Virus record (IMG/VR): IMGVR_UViG_3300005573_000062
Coordinates: 62,099 to 126,098 of that record
Strand: one strand, 5' to 3'
Origin: a virus
DNA: 64,000 nt
Shown one piece after another: positions 29,370 through 39,434 of this stretch (the first letter of the stretch is position 1; each line of letters opens with the position of its first letter). The translations under genes were made by a program, and so were the position numbers. Under the pieces are notes generated by a model. That model did no database searches. It was not told the origin of the DNA and saw only the letters and a program-made list of their open reading frames with translations.

Positions 29370-31387
29370 TAGGAGAGATTATGTATAAATTAAATGATTT
29401 TTTAAATTCTTTATCAATTGAAAAAGTATCTAAATATTTCAATGTTAATTACTCTAATGGAAAAATAGAGAAAATAGGTATTGGTAGAAGGGATGGGGAA
29501 GCCTGGGTAGTACAAGAATTTGATGTATATGAATTTGAATTAGACCCAAAAGTTAAAAAAATTTTGGAAGATGAAAAAATAGATGTCGATGAAAAACTTA
29601 AAAAGATAAAGAATAGAATAATTGAATTATATGATGATAAAAAAGAGATGGATATAAAGGAAGTTGATTGGGATAAACCTAAATGGGACGAAAAGGAAAT
29701 ATCTGAATGGGTTGATGAGCAACTTGAAGAATTAAAAGAAGGAAAAGAAATACAGGGAGATATTGAACTTAAAGAATTATTTGCTAAACCAAAAATATCT
29801 ATTAAATCTTTTCTTGATCCTAAGAAAATAGAAGATCTAAAAAAAGAGATAAAAGAATTTAATGATTATCATATTTTAAAAACAATTAATAATTTTTCAG
29901 AAGAGGATAAATCTGAGTTAAGAAATTCTTTTACAGATGATGAAAAGAAAAAAGCTATTGAAAATGCTTTGAATAATGGTAGTATATATGAAGCTTCTGA
30001 TTTAGCTGATTTTTTTGGAATGGATCAAAAAGAAGCAGGAGATATAATATCAGATGCTTTAGTTTCTAATTTTGATTGGTATAATGAAGAACCTATATAT
30101 ATTGTATGGATGTATAATAGAAATCCATATATCTTTAGAGGTATACTTAAAAAAATTCCTATTGATAAAAAAGACTTAGAAGAAATTTTATACAATGGTT
30201 ATGAACAAGCTATTCATGATAATAATTTTGTATCTGATGCTGAAAAATTAGCTAAAGAAATGGGATTACTTGATATCTTTAAAAAGAAATTTATAGAAAA
30301 GAATTCTAGTCAAAAAATATCTATTAAATCTGAAACACTTTATGTTTCAGAAGATAATACTGAGGTCAAAAAACCAATAGACTTTAATATTACAGACGAT
30401 GTTAATTCTCCTGAAGAGATTAAAACAAAAGAAGGGAAGATATATAAGAAAGTTAAAAAAGAAGCTAATTTAGATTCAGATTTAACTATAAAGAGAATAG
30501 AATTGCAGAGTATTGAAAATTCATCTTCCTATATCGATAAAATTATAAAAGAGTATGATAATAAAAACATAAGAGAAAGAATAAAAATTATTCAAGAAAT
30601 AGGAAAGTTGTTAGATACACCTAAAAGAATTCCAGAATTGGAATCAAAGCTTAATAGAATAGAAGAAAAAGCAGAGTATGCAGTAAGAGTAGCAAATCAA
30701 AGATTTCCTGAATGGGAAAAAGAATTTAAAGAAAATAACCTTGTATTCTCTTTGCCTTATTCTGAATACTTTGGATTGAAAGATGAATGGATAAATGAAA
30801 GATTACAAAATTATATTAATAACAAAAATATCGAAGGTATATTACATCTTATATCTGTATTTAGATTGAATATAGATATTGATGAATTTAATGACTTAAT
30901 ACAAAAAAATATAGAAAATCCAGCTACTGCTTATTTTTATGCTAAATTGTTAATAACACAGAAAAATAAAGATATTAAAGATATTTCTGATAATGTAATA
31001 AAAGCAATAGCACAAGATTTAGGAGCTGCGTATTCTTTTGCTACATTTATAATAGAATCGTTAAAAAGGTCAGTTGAAGAAATTCCGCAAGATTTAATAA
31101 AAGCAATAGCACAGGATTCGAAATTCGCTTATTCGTTTTCAGTTGTTTTAATTGAAAATCCAAATATATCAATTAAAGATATTCCAGAAGATATAGTAAA
31201 GGTAGTAGCTCAGGATCCAGAATCTTCTTATAAATTTGCAGTGTTTTCAAAATATAATAAGAAAGACGTTCCAGAAATTATTATCAAAACCGTGTTGAAT
31301 TCAGAATATAAAGATAAATATTTGAATTTTTTAAAGCAACACAATCTACCTTTACCTGAAATGAGTGAAAAAAAAGATGGAAAATAA
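29366..31387 (+). CDS. large acidic protein with C-terminal helical repeats
   Basis: Three to four ~33-aa repeats (IKAIAQD...AYSF); two KISIKS motifs. Confidence 0.75.
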   Translation: MIGEIMYKLNDFLNSLSIEKVSKYFNVNYSNGKIEKIGIGRRDGEAWVVQEFDVYEFELDPKVKKILEDEKIDVDEKLKKIKNRIIELYDDKKEMDIKEVDWDKPKWDEKEISEWVDEQLEELKEGKEIQGDIELKELFAKPKISIKSFLDPKKIEDLKKEIKEFNDYHILKTINNFSEEDKSELRNSFTDDEKKKAIENALNNGSIYEASDLADFFGMDQKEAGDIISDALVSNFDWYNEEPIYIVWMYNRNPYIFRGILKKIPIDKKDLEEILYNGYEQAIHDNNFVSDAEKLAKEMGLLDIFKKKFIEKNSSQKISIKSETLYVSEDNTEVKKPIDFNITDDVNSPEEIKTKEGKIYKKVKKEANLDSDLTIKRIELQSIENSSSYIDKIIKEYDNKNIRERIKIIQEIGKLLDTPKRIPELESKLNRIEEKAEYAVRVANQRFPEWEKEFKENNLVFSLPYSEYFGLKDEWINERLQNYINNKNIEGILHLISVFRLNIDIDEFNDLIQKNIENPATAYFYAKLLITQKNKDIKDISDNVIKAIAQDLGAAYSFATFIIESLKRSVEEIPQDLIKAIAQDSKFAYSFSVVLIENPNISIKDIPEDIVKVVAQDPESSYKFAVFSKYNKKDVPEIIIKTVLNSEYKDKYLNFLKQHNLPLPEMSEKKDGK

Positions 31388-32267
31388 TATTGTTTTTATC
31401 GATACTTCTGATTCACTTAAAACGATTATTCTTAATTTTTTAAATGATAAATCTGTCCTTGAGCTTTTTGAGAAATATGAAGTTGATCATAGTATAATTA
31501 GTCATTTAATTGTTGTTGAAAAAGCAAAGAATAATCTATATGCAGAAACAGACTTTAAAAGAGGAATAATTTATTTTAATCCTAAGTTCGTTGTAAATGC
31601 AACGGCTTCTTTAATTGAAGAAGTTTTCTTTCATGAGTTAGTCCATTATATAAGATATATTACTGGAAATTCAGAGATAAAAGACAATGATAGTCGGTTC
31701 GGCAAAGAAGAGTTAGAAGTACTGAAAGAGGATGTTAATAGACTTAGAAATAATGGATATGATAACGATGCAATAATAAAATATCTTAAGGAAAGATACA
31801 ACTTCGCTATTCCTGATGAGGTTATACAGGAAATAATATCTCCTCCTATAGTTGATTCTGGAACAAACGTTGGGAATCCTCCTCATATATATCCATCTTG
31901 TTTAGAAGATTTTACGGTTATTTCAATGCCTTTAGGACTTTTTGCATATTATCAGAAAGAAGGAGTTAGTGATGAAGCAATTCGCTATTTTGAAAAATTT
32001 ATTAATAGATTACTTGATGCTTTTACTATTCTTGAAGACTCTTGTTTTCCTAACGAAAAGAGTTTAATAAAAGAATGGATAGATGAATTGAGAAATTTTA
32101 AAATAGACACCGATAATTATACTAATCAGATAAATGATTTATTAGAGAATCTTTTAAAATTTTTAAATGCTTTTAAATCTTTGGATTCTAGACTTGGATA
32201 TCTCTCATATCAAATTAAAAATCTAAATTCATCAATTGAAAGATTAACGGGGAAAATCAATGAATAA
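31365..32267 (+). CDS. HExxH zincin-like metallopeptidase domain protein
   Basis: IYFNPKF...FFHELVHY. Confidence 0.6.
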   Translation: MKKKMENNIVFIDTSDSLKTIILNFLNDKSVLELFEKYEVDHSIISHLIVVEKAKNNLYAETDFKRGIIYFNPKFVVNATASLIEEVFFHELVHYIRYITGNSEIKDNDSRFGKEELEVLKEDVNRLRNNGYDNDAIIKYLKERYNFAIPDEVIQEIISPPIVDSGTNVGNPPHIYPSCLEDFTVISMPLGLFAYYQKEGVSDEAIRYFEKFINRLLDAFTILEDSCFPNEKSLIKEWIDELRNFKIDTDNYTNQINDLLENLLKFLNAFKSLDSRLGYLSYQIKNLNSSIERLTGKINE

Positions 32268-32967
32268 TTTTTTTGTAAAATCTCTTTTTTCTGAACCTCT
32301 AGACATCAACAGAACAAAAACAAATGACATGCTAGAGAGTCCAGGAGAAGAGGGGGCCCCTCAGGAGTTTACTAGATTTCAGAATCCAGAGTATTCGTTA
32401 TTAGTCTCTATTTCGCCCGAAAGATCTTATGGAAGTGAAGGAAAGCCTCCTAAAGGTATCTATTGGCTAAATGAGGTTTTATATAACCTATTAAATGCGA
32501 AGGAGAAACCTGAAGAAGATAAACCGATTGACATTCCTAATTCTATTCCTCCGAGTGATTGGGATAATCCCGGTCATGATCCATATAAGAGATCAATGAA
32601 TTATATCATATATGATAATAAAGTTTATCTGGGTGTGTCCAGTACACTCCAGGCATTAAATAAGATAGCAGAATTAAATCCTGTTTTCTTAGGAGAATTT
32701 AAAATAATTAATTCTAAAACTAAAAGAGAGATCTATGTTGAGTGCTCAAAAATAAATCGGGGTCTTCTCATATCAGCCCGGATAGATCCGTTACTAGAAA
32801 CAACAATGGAAACACGTTGGAATGCTGACGAAACAGACGACCCCGATTCAGCGTATCCTCATAAGTGGTTTACAGTAACCGAGGTTCCTTCTGACCCGAT
32901 TAAAGAAATTCTAAAAAGGATGGGATTTGAACATGAAGATAAAAAAGAAATTGAAAAAGAAAAGTAG
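32260..32967 (+). CDS. hypothetical protein
   Basis: 235-aa ORF. Confidence 0.65.
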   Translation: MNNFFVKSLFSEPLDINRTKTNDMLESPGEEGAPQEFTRFQNPEYSLLVSISPERSYGSEGKPPKGIYWLNEVLYNLLNAKEKPEEDKPIDIPNSIPPSDWDNPGHDPYKRSMNYIIYDNKVYLGVSSTLQALNKIAELNPVFLGEFKIINSKTKREIYVECSKINRGLLISARIDPLLETTMETRWNADETDDPDSAYPHKWFTVTEVPSDPIKEILKRMGFEHEDKKEIEKEK

Positions 32968-32982
32968 AATTGTAGTTGATAT

Positions 32983-33204
32983 TTGGGGGTGCTGGTACCT
33001 AATGAAATGAAGATGATCGATCTGATAGATTTGTTGTCTAATGAAACAGATTTAGATCTTCCTCATGTCTACGATTTGGCGAAAGAGATTTTTCAAATTT
33101 TAGAAGAACATGAAATCGTTGAATCTAAGAATATTCTAAAAAATAGATTCAACATTCCAGATGAACTTTTAGGTAGAATATTAAATTTAAAGAGAGGTCC
33201 ATAA
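32983..33204 (+). CDS. hypothetical protein (start uncertain)
   Basis: Last ORF of the + strand block. Confidence 0.5.
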   Translation: MGVLVPNEMKMIDLIDLLSNETDLDLPHVYDLAKEIFQILEEHEIVESKNILKNRFNIPDELLGRILNLKRGP

Positions 33205-33270
33205 CCTCCTGATAATTTCGATTATCAGGGTTAAAATTCATCCGTTATGGACCCCCTTTTTTTTTTTTTT
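33196..33270 (+). terminator. structured terminator between convergent blocks
   Basis: GGTCCATAAC/GTTATGGACC enclosing CCTGATAAT-TTCG-ATTATCAGG, then a T14 run. Confidence 0.7.
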
Positions 33271-33586
33271 AGTATCCCTTTCTCCATTTTTCTCTTTCTA
33301 ATTCAAATATTTTTTCTTTTAATCTTTCGTTCTCTTTTTTTAATTCTTCACTAGCCACTCTTCTTAATAACATTCCTTCTGGATTACAAGTATTAAAAAT
33401 TCTACCGTCCTTTGCGTCTAAAGTAAACCCAGGTCCAGATGAGTTTTCTGGTTTGGCCCAACCTACAGTTGAACCGTTTTTATCTAATACCTTGTATTCT
33501 CCCCATGATTCTTTAATTATATAGCCAAGTAGATTTCCATACTTGTCTCTTACTTGTCTTTCATTTGGATCACTTTCCCATGACAT
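33269..33586 (-). CDS. small beta-hairpin repeat protein
   Basis: Repeats VRDKYGNLLGYI / VLDKNGSTVGW. Confidence 0.65.
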   Translation of the reverse strand: MSWESDPNERQVRDKYGNLLGYIIKESWGEYKVLDKNGSTVGWAKPENSSGPGFTLDAKDGRIFNTCNPEGMLLRRVASEELKKENERLKEKIFELEREKWRKGY

Positions 33587-33596
33587 AATGTCCTCC

Positions 33597-34394
33597 TTAT
33601 ATCGGTGGATATAATAATCTTCTTATTTCCATGATATTCATTCGTGATACCCCAGAATTATTTCCGTTCCAAATCAATTCTTCTGATTCTTTTTTTCTTT
33701 TTTCGTCCATAATTGATCCTATTTTTTCATGAGAATAAGAATCTAATGAATTTAGCAAGTTTTCTTTATCTATAAATTTCATACTTATATAGTGTCTTTC
33801 AAGTATCATTGCTAAAAATAAAGCTTCGTCTTTATCATTAATATCTGATACTCTTTTTGGTAGTTCTTTGAATTCTATATATTTTGCTTTATATAAATGA
33901 TCTGAGTCTTTTTCCAAAAAATGTTGTTCTCTTCTATAAAAGATTTGTTCTTTTATTATTTTTGTATTGTTGAAAATTTCAACATATAAATCCTTTTTGA
34001 AGCTTTTTTCACGTTTATCTTCTAAATCTATCTTTTCAAATACACTCACTTTTAATTTCATTTCTTCTATTTTTATTTTTTTGTATTTTAAATATTTTTT
34101 CTTTAACCAACTTAAATTTTCATAAGGGGTATATGGTATTTCTCTGTAAATAAATCCATCTTCAAGACTATAACCTTTTAATTCGTAAAAGTTATTTTGA
34201 TATTTTATAAATATTCTATCTTCGACAAACGAAATTCCAATTAAATTGTAATCTAAATCTGGATCTGGTTTTTGTTTTTGTAATTTTTCGATTATTACAT
34301 TATGATTTTCTTTTATTCCTTTGTAAATATGCATGATTAAATTAGATTGAATAAGTTCTTTTAGAAATTCAATTGTAAAAGGTCTGTATAACAT
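33597..34394 (-). CDS. hypothetical protein
   Basis: ORF with RBS. Confidence 0.65.
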   Translation of the reverse strand: MLYRPFTIEFLKELIQSNLIMHIYKGIKENHNVIIEKLQKQKPDPDLDYNLIGISFVEDRIFIKYQNNFYELKGYSLEDGFIYREIPYTPYENLSWLKKKYLKYKKIKIEEMKLKVSVFEKIDLEDKREKSFKKDLYVEIFNNTKIIKEQIFYRREQHFLEKDSDHLYKAKYIEFKELPKRVSDINDKDEALFLAMILERHYISMKFIDKENLLNSLDSYSHEKIGSIMDEKRKKESEELIWNGNNSGVSRMNIMEIRRLLYPPI

Positions 34395-34402
34395 AAAACC
34401 TC

Positions 34403-34684
34403 CTATATGATATTTTTTTCTATTAATAATTTAATCGCTAATAATATTTCTATACTCAACTCTTCTAATTTTATTTTTTCTAATTTTCCATTTGAGTGTT
34501 TTACTTTAATATCATTTTTTGAAATTTCTAGTATCTTTATTTTCTGTGATTCTAAATTGACCGAATTTCTGAGATCGATTTTATTTACTTTATTTTTTTT
34601 AAGATAGTCAGCTATATCCATTTTAACAATAGGAGATAGAATTTCTGCTAGCTGATACTTTAATATTATATCAAGATCTTTCAT
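34403..34684 (-). CDS. hypothetical protein
   Basis: ORF with RBS. Confidence 0.6.
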   Translation of the reverse strand: MKDLDIILKYQLAEILSPIVKMDIADYLKKNKVNKIDLRNSVNLESQKIKILEISKNDIKVKHSNGKLEKIKLEELSIEILLAIKLLIEKNII

Positions 34685-34693
34685 TTTTTCCTC

Positions 34694-35986
34694 CTATAAT
34701 ATTATTGTAGGTTTAAATCTGGATACTAATTCTATTTCTTTTTCGACAGCAGACCAAAAATTTCCTGTTTCTATTAATTTCATCATTCTTTTTTTAATTA
34801 TTTTTTGTCTTACTTCGTCAAAATTATTCATTAATACTATATCTAATGTAATCATGTCCTTTTCGGACAAATTATATCTATTTTCTCTTATAAAATTTTT
34901 TATTATTTCAATTTGGTGTTCTGAAATAATTGGTAAATAAAATTCATATATATTCGTTTTTAATAACGTTTTTAATTCCTTCAAAAAATTCAGATACAAT
35001 TTTTTAGGTATTAATAGAACGGTTTGATCCAATTCCAATTCAATATCTTCTTCTTTGAGTGTTTGTTCTTTTATTTCTTTTTTTATTGGAGTAGGGTCAT
35101 CAGCTTTAAAAGCTTGAGCTCTTACAAGTCTAATCCCTGTTTTTATTAACATATCTCCTTTAAAACTTAGATTTTCCGCTCCTCCCATATCTAATATTAT
35201 TCTAGAATCTATTTTGGAAGAAACTTTTAGTGATATTCTTGCATCTATATTTGCTTTTAAATCTCCTTTAAGTATACTAGCAGAAGGTCTCTGGGTCGAT
35301 ATAATAACATGAAAGTTAAAAGCTCTTCCCATTTGAAGTATAGATCTTAATTCCTGGTATCCTTCTTTATCTAACTTCAATTCTGCAAACTCGTCAATTA
35401 TTAAAAAGTAATGTTTGCTTGGAGAAAAACCATTTAAAATATATTCTTGATGTCGTTTCATTTCATTATAAAATCTTTTAATTTCTAGAATTGCTGTATC
35501 GTTATCAGTAATCATATTTATTTTATCTTTATAGTTGATAAAGTCAATTAATTTGAAATCTATCAATGTAATTTGGCATTCAGTTTTAAGTAATTCATTA
35601 ATGATTAATTTTATTAAATTAGTTTTTCCTGTTCCTGTTGCACCTCCTATTAATAGATGAGGGAATTTAGAAAAATCTAAGCTAATTACTTCATCTTCGA
35701 TTGTTTTACCTATTTTAACTGTTGTTTCTGGGTTATTAGTTTCTTTACCTGTTGATTTTTTGGGAATTTGTATAGATAATTCATTTGATTCTGGAACGAA
35801 AGTATTCACGTTTATTCTGCCTGGAGACTTTACTTCTCTTTCAATAAATTCAATTTGAGATTTTGAAAGTTGTATTGGCGTATTGCAGGTAAAAAAAGCC
35901 TGATAAGATTGTTCATTTTCTATTATTCTTGTAATTTTAATAGTGAATCCTAATTTATTAAATACTTCTATAATTGTTTCCTTCAT
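34694..35986 (-). CDS. FtsK/SpoIIIE-family ATPase
   Basis: PHLLIGGATGTGKT, LIDFK, IIDEFAEL, GRA, STQRPS, DSRIILD..GAENL..KGDML. Confidence 0.92.
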   Translation of the reverse strand: MKETIIEVFNKLGFTIKITRIIENEQSYQAFFTCNTPIQLSKSQIEFIEREVKSPGRINVNTFVPESNELSIQIPKKSTGKETNNPETTVKIGKTIEDEVISLDFSKFPHLLIGGATGTGKTNLIKLIINELLKTECQITLIDFKLIDFINYKDKINMITDNDTAILEIKRFYNEMKRHQEYILNGFSPSKHYFLIIDEFAELKLDKEGYQELRSILQMGRAFNFHVIISTQRPSASILKGDLKANIDARISLKVSSKIDSRIILDMGGAENLSFKGDMLIKTGIRLVRAQAFKADDPTPIKKEIKEQTLKEEDIELELDQTVLLIPKKLYLNFLKELKTLLKTNIYEFYLPIISEHQIEIIKNFIRENRYNLSEKDMITLDIVLMNNFDEVRQKIIKKRMMKLIETGNFWSAVEKEIELVSRFKPTIIL

Positions 35987-36002
35987 AATAGTCCCCCTTA
36001 GA

Positions 36003-36266
36003 CTATTCTAAAAGTTTAGTTTCTTTGAGTTCTCCTTTTTCATATATAAATAATATTTTATTTATTGATATTTGAACTGTTTCTCCATCCATCTTTTCGA
36101 TACGAGGAGTGTATATTTTTATTAATTCATTTAATATAACTCTAAATGTTGCTTTCATTATAGATTTTTCAATATTATATCTTATATTAGATATTATAAA
36201 TCCAACAAATAATCCACTTGCAATTATTAAGATAATATCTATTAGTTTGAATGAGTAGTAGTTCAT
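36003..36266 (-). CDS. small membrane protein (leaderless)
   Basis: N-terminal TM helix; ATG 6 nt after the -10 box. Confidence 0.65.
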   Translation of the reverse strand: MNYYSFKLIDIILIIASGLFVGFIISNIRYNIEKSIMKATFRVILNELIKIYTPRIEKMDGETVQISINKILFIYEKGELKETKLLE

Positions 36267-36272
36267 GTATAT

Positions 36273-36301
36273 ATTATATAACGATTGTGTTTAGAATTCA
36301 A
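36273..36301 (-). promoter_or_regulatory. sigma70-type promoter
   Basis: TTGAAT-17-TATAAT on the minus strand. Confidence 0.75.
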
Positions 36302-36714
36302 TCTATTTTTGTGAAACCCCAGGGAGCTAATTGATATATTATTCCGTTTTCTTTTATATTTTGATTGAATGAACATATTATCATAGATGTTTTTCCTACT
36401 TTATGAAATCGAATTGGTTTTTCTATTTCTATGTTGTTTGAATTTGAAATAAAAAATCCAGTGATTCTATTGTGTTTAGTAGACGGGAGAATCGTATAGT
36501 TATTTATTTCAATGTTTTTATACCAAGATTTAGCATATATCAATTCACCGTAGATAGAGTTAAAATCTTTTTGTATATTTTTAAAAAGATCTTTATGAAA
36601 TTGAACAATTATCTTTAACCCAGGTTTAGATAAATTTATAACATTGAAAAATTTGTACGTTGGATTCCATCTCGGTTTTTCTAACTTTATGTTAAAAAAT
36701 ATATTATTATTCAT
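36298..36714 (-). CDS. hypothetical protein
   Basis: Coupled ORF. Confidence 0.55.
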   Translation of the reverse strand: MNNNIFFNIKLEKPRWNPTYKFFNVINLSKPGLKIIVQFHKDLFKNIQKDFNSIYGELIYAKSWYKNIEINNYTILPSTKHNRITGFFISNSNNIEIEKPIRFHKVGKTSMIICSFNQNIKENGIIYQLAPWGFTKID

Positions 36715-37228
36715 TCGAGCGTTTTTTAGATTCCATCGAGTATTTTTGAAAATAGTATCTTGCTATTAAAAGACTGTCGCCTTTTCCATCTTTTATTTTA
36801 TCTTCAATTTCAGGGAATATTCTTTTTGCTACCATATCTGAAGCTTGTTTTAGTTCTCCTTTTTCTAATCCTGCTGGTAACATTACCTTTTGCCATTCCT
36901 TGCTATCTATAAATAGATAAGGAATTTTATAAATTTTTAAACATATAAGTTCTGCTTCAAGAGCTCTTAAAGCGCTAGTTGTAGATTTGAAACGCATCGG
37001 GTTGACCATTGGACGTTCCATAATAGCGATACTTTCGTCTGGAAACGGGATGTATTCTGAAAATATTAATAATAGTTTTTCAACATTAATTCTATTTATA
37101 AATTGTTTTGTTTTTGTATAATTTAGATCTTTAAATATTGGAATAGAATCAAAAAATTTCAGTTTTCCATCTTCTAGAATAGTGATAGATCCAGTGACTC
37201 CATTATCTATGGCGATAGTATATTTCAT
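36707..37228 (-). CDS. RuvC-like Holliday junction resolvase
   Basis: IAIDNGVTGSI, IMERP, KEWQK, DSLLIA. Confidence 0.78.
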   Translation of the reverse strand: MKYTIAIDNGVTGSITILEDGKLKFFDSIPIFKDLNYTKTKQFINRINVEKLLLIFSEYIPFPDESIAIMERPMVNPMRFKSTTSALRALEAELICLKIYKIPYLFIDSKEWQKVMLPAGLEKGELKQASDMVAKRIFPEIEDKIKDGKGDSLLIARYYFQKYSMESKKRSNE

Positions 37229-37248
37229 GATTTCCTTAAAAATTATTT

Positions 37249-37278
37249 ACCGGGGTCCTTTATTTTAAGAACCCCGGT
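37249..37278 (-). terminator. putative intrinsic terminator hairpin
   Basis: ACCGGGGT...ACCCCGGT stem downstream of ORF 37290-37520. Confidence 0.55.
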
Positions 37279-37289
37279 TGTATTTTAGA

Positions 37290-37520
37290 TTATGACGTTT
37301 TTGTCATTAATTCTTTTATTTGGGCAGCTAGTTCTTTGCGTCTTTTAACTCCTTCTCTTACTTTTTCTACTATTTCCTTTTTCTGTTCTTTAGGAGCTTC
37401 TTTATATCCTTCCAACAGTTTTTTGTTTTCCATGCTTATCTTTTTTCTCAATTCTCTAAGTTGTTTTATTTCCTGAGATTTTGAGTTCTGATTTTGATTT
37501 TCTTCCATACTGTCCTCCAT
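37290..37520 (-). CDS. small basic coiled-coil protein
   Basis: Has its own promoter and RBS. Confidence 0.65.
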   Translation of the reverse strand: MEDSMEENQNQNSKSQEIKQLRELRKKISMENKKLLEGYKEAPKEQKKEIVEKVREGVKRRKELAAQIKELMTKTS

Positions 37521-37526
37521 AATAGT

Positions 37527-37555
37527 ATTATATAAGATTTCCTAGAAACGTTCAA
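37527..37555 (-). promoter_or_regulatory. sigma70-type promoter
   Basis: TTGAAC-17-TATAAT. Confidence 0.75.
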
Positions 37556-37746
37556 CCGGATTTTTGAGTTTTCTTTTCCAAGAGTATTCGCTGTATTATT
37601 AACTTTATCTTCTCAGGAATATTTTTTCTTCTGGAGAGATCCTGCAATACTTCGATCGGAAGATTTGCCGGCACCTTTTTTACTTTTTCTGGATTTTTAT
37701 TTATATTAATCCAGAAATCTAATACTTTTTTGTTAATCTTCGACAT
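37552..37746 (-). CDS. hypothetical protein
   Basis: Small ORF in operon. Confidence 0.5.
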   Translation of the reverse strand: MSKINKKVLDFWININKNPEKVKKVPANLPIEVLQDLSRRKNIPEKIKLIIQRILLEKKTQKSG

Positions 37747-37978
37747 ACTTTTATTACCTTTAGTTCTTCTTTTCGTGTTAGTTTCAAATTAGAGCATATC
37801 TCTAATAATTTGATATATCCTTTTAATGTATCTATTGGGTTCGATGAATTTAAGAAAGAAGGTATGTTCGTCTTTAATACGTCTTTTATTGCCAATTTTA
37901 TTTTCTTATTGCTGATTATCTTGTCTAATCTTTTTAATGCATTCATGTGATATATTATATATTTTTTTACAAAAGAAT

Positions 37979-38173
37979 TCAATCTTTTCTTTTCATTGTG
38001 GTGAGAAGATCTACGTCGTAGTATGTATTGCACGATTCGCAATGATAAAATGCTCGTCTCAATTGAATAATCTTATTAGGGTCGTTTTCTCCACAGACCG
38101 GGCAGCTTCCTCGTTTTAATTTATTATGTTGTTTATATTTAGTTCTTTTAGGATTTAATCCATTATTACTCAT
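37979..38173 (-). CDS. small zinc-ribbon protein
   Basis: CPVCG...CESC; GGAGG RBS. Confidence 0.65.
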   Translation of the reverse strand: MSNNGLNPKRTKYKQHNKLKRGSCPVCGENDPNKIIQLRRAFYHCESCNTYYDVDLLTTMKRKD

Positions 38174-38184
38174 TTTTCCTCCTT

Positions 38185-38577
38185 TTAATCTTTTACGCTT
38201 GATTTTTTCGAATATACGGTATTTACGACTTCTAAATAATTAAAAGAATCGTCGAATATTTCGTTTGTCGTTTCTCCGTTTAATTCTTTAAGAACATATT
38301 TTAAATTATTATTGTCCCATTTAACTTCGTATTTTGAGAAGTCGTTTTTGACAATGTCTCCTTCGTATACCTCTTTTCCATTTTTATCTCTTTTTCCCGT
38401 CCAGCGCATTATAACATATTTTCTAGGATCTAAATATTTCAATGTTGTAGTGGCACAGTATTTTACAAATACATATTTATATAAATCCCCAGCATTTGAA
38501 ATAAAAAACTGGGGTGAATCTATATCGCCTGGATAATAAGTTTCTTTTTTCTCTATATCAAATATTCTGTATTTCAT
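38185..38577 (-). CDS. YopX-family protein
   Basis: KYRIFD, MRWTGKRDKNGKEVYEGDIV, LEVVNTVY. Confidence 0.9.
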   Translation of the reverse strand: MKYRIFDIEKKETYYPGDIDSPQFFISNAGDLYKYVFVKYCATTTLKYLDPRKYVIMRWTGKRDKNGKEVYEGDIVKNDFSKYEVKWDNNNLKYVLKELNGETTNEIFDDSFNYLEVVNTVYSKKSSVKD

Positions 38578-38972
38578 TTTTCCTCCTCTAATCCTTTAAC
38601 TGAAATTGTATGACTTTCAAGTATGAAGTCTATGAACTGTTTTGCTATTGTTGTTGAAAAGTTTTGTGTGTCATATACCCATTTTTCTTTGTAAGAAGGT
38701 TTTAGATTTCCTGTTAATACTTCAGCCGATTTTAGAGTTAGAGCTTTGTCCAGTTTTAAGAATATTCCTTCTTGATATAATCTTAATAGTCTGAATCCAA
38801 AATTTACCGTTTCTATCTTGGTTAATCTTGTTCCTTTAAGTGGATTAAACAGTCTTTTTTCGGGAGGAATTATGTCGGAAGCTAGATCGGTGCACAGTTT
38901 CCATAAAGGACCAAATTGATTTACATCAAATTCGATAGTATTATCTTTTTCATTCTTGACTGTTATTTTCAT
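38574..38972 (-). CDS. hypothetical protein
   Basis: ORF with RBS. Confidence 0.6.
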   Translation of the reverse strand: MKITVKNEKDNTIEFDVNQFGPLWKLCTDLASDIIPPEKRLFNPLKGTRLTKIETVNFGFRLLRLYQEGIFLKLDKALTLKSAEVLTGNLKPSYKEKWVYDTQNFSTTIAKQFIDFILESHTISVKGLEEEK

Positions 38973-39128
38973 ACTTTTCTCCTTCTAGAATTTAATTGTT
39001 ATTCGTATGCCTATCCAATCTTTTTTGAATAACATTTTTAGCAATTCACGAAGTAAAGTAGTTTCAAGAATTCTAACTTTCCCTGAATCCTTTATTTCTT
39101 CGATTGTTATTTTCATTTGTCTTCTTTT

Positions 39129-39157
39129 ATTATATACTTTTTATTTCTTTCGTTCAA
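39129..39157 (-). promoter_or_regulatory. sigma70-type promoter
   Basis: TTGAAC-17-TATAAT. Confidence 0.72.
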
Positions 39158-39173
39158 TTTATCTTGAATCGTT

Positions 39174-39413
39174 TTAATATTTTATAAGCAAGTAGTCAAG
39201 GAAAGAATCTGGGTTATCCATTAAAAGAGCTTCTGTATTCTTGCGAATCAATACTATTCCGTTTACATTATTGTCTGATAGTATTCGATTGAATTCTTTT
39301 TTAAGTTTTGAAGCATATTCCACTATATATTTTCCTTCTAGATTGCGATAATTGATTATACTTTTTATTAATCGTTCAAATTCTTCATTTGTCATTATCA
39401 CTGCTTTGTTCAT
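39174..39413 (-). CDS. hypothetical protein
   Basis: ORF with RBS. Confidence 0.55.
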   Translation of the reverse strand: MNKAVIMTNEEFERLIKSIINYRNLEGKYIVEYASKLKKEFNRILSDNNVNGIVLIRKNTEALLMDNPDSFLDYLLIKY

Positions 39414-39434
39414 ATAATTTTCTCCTTTTTGAAT

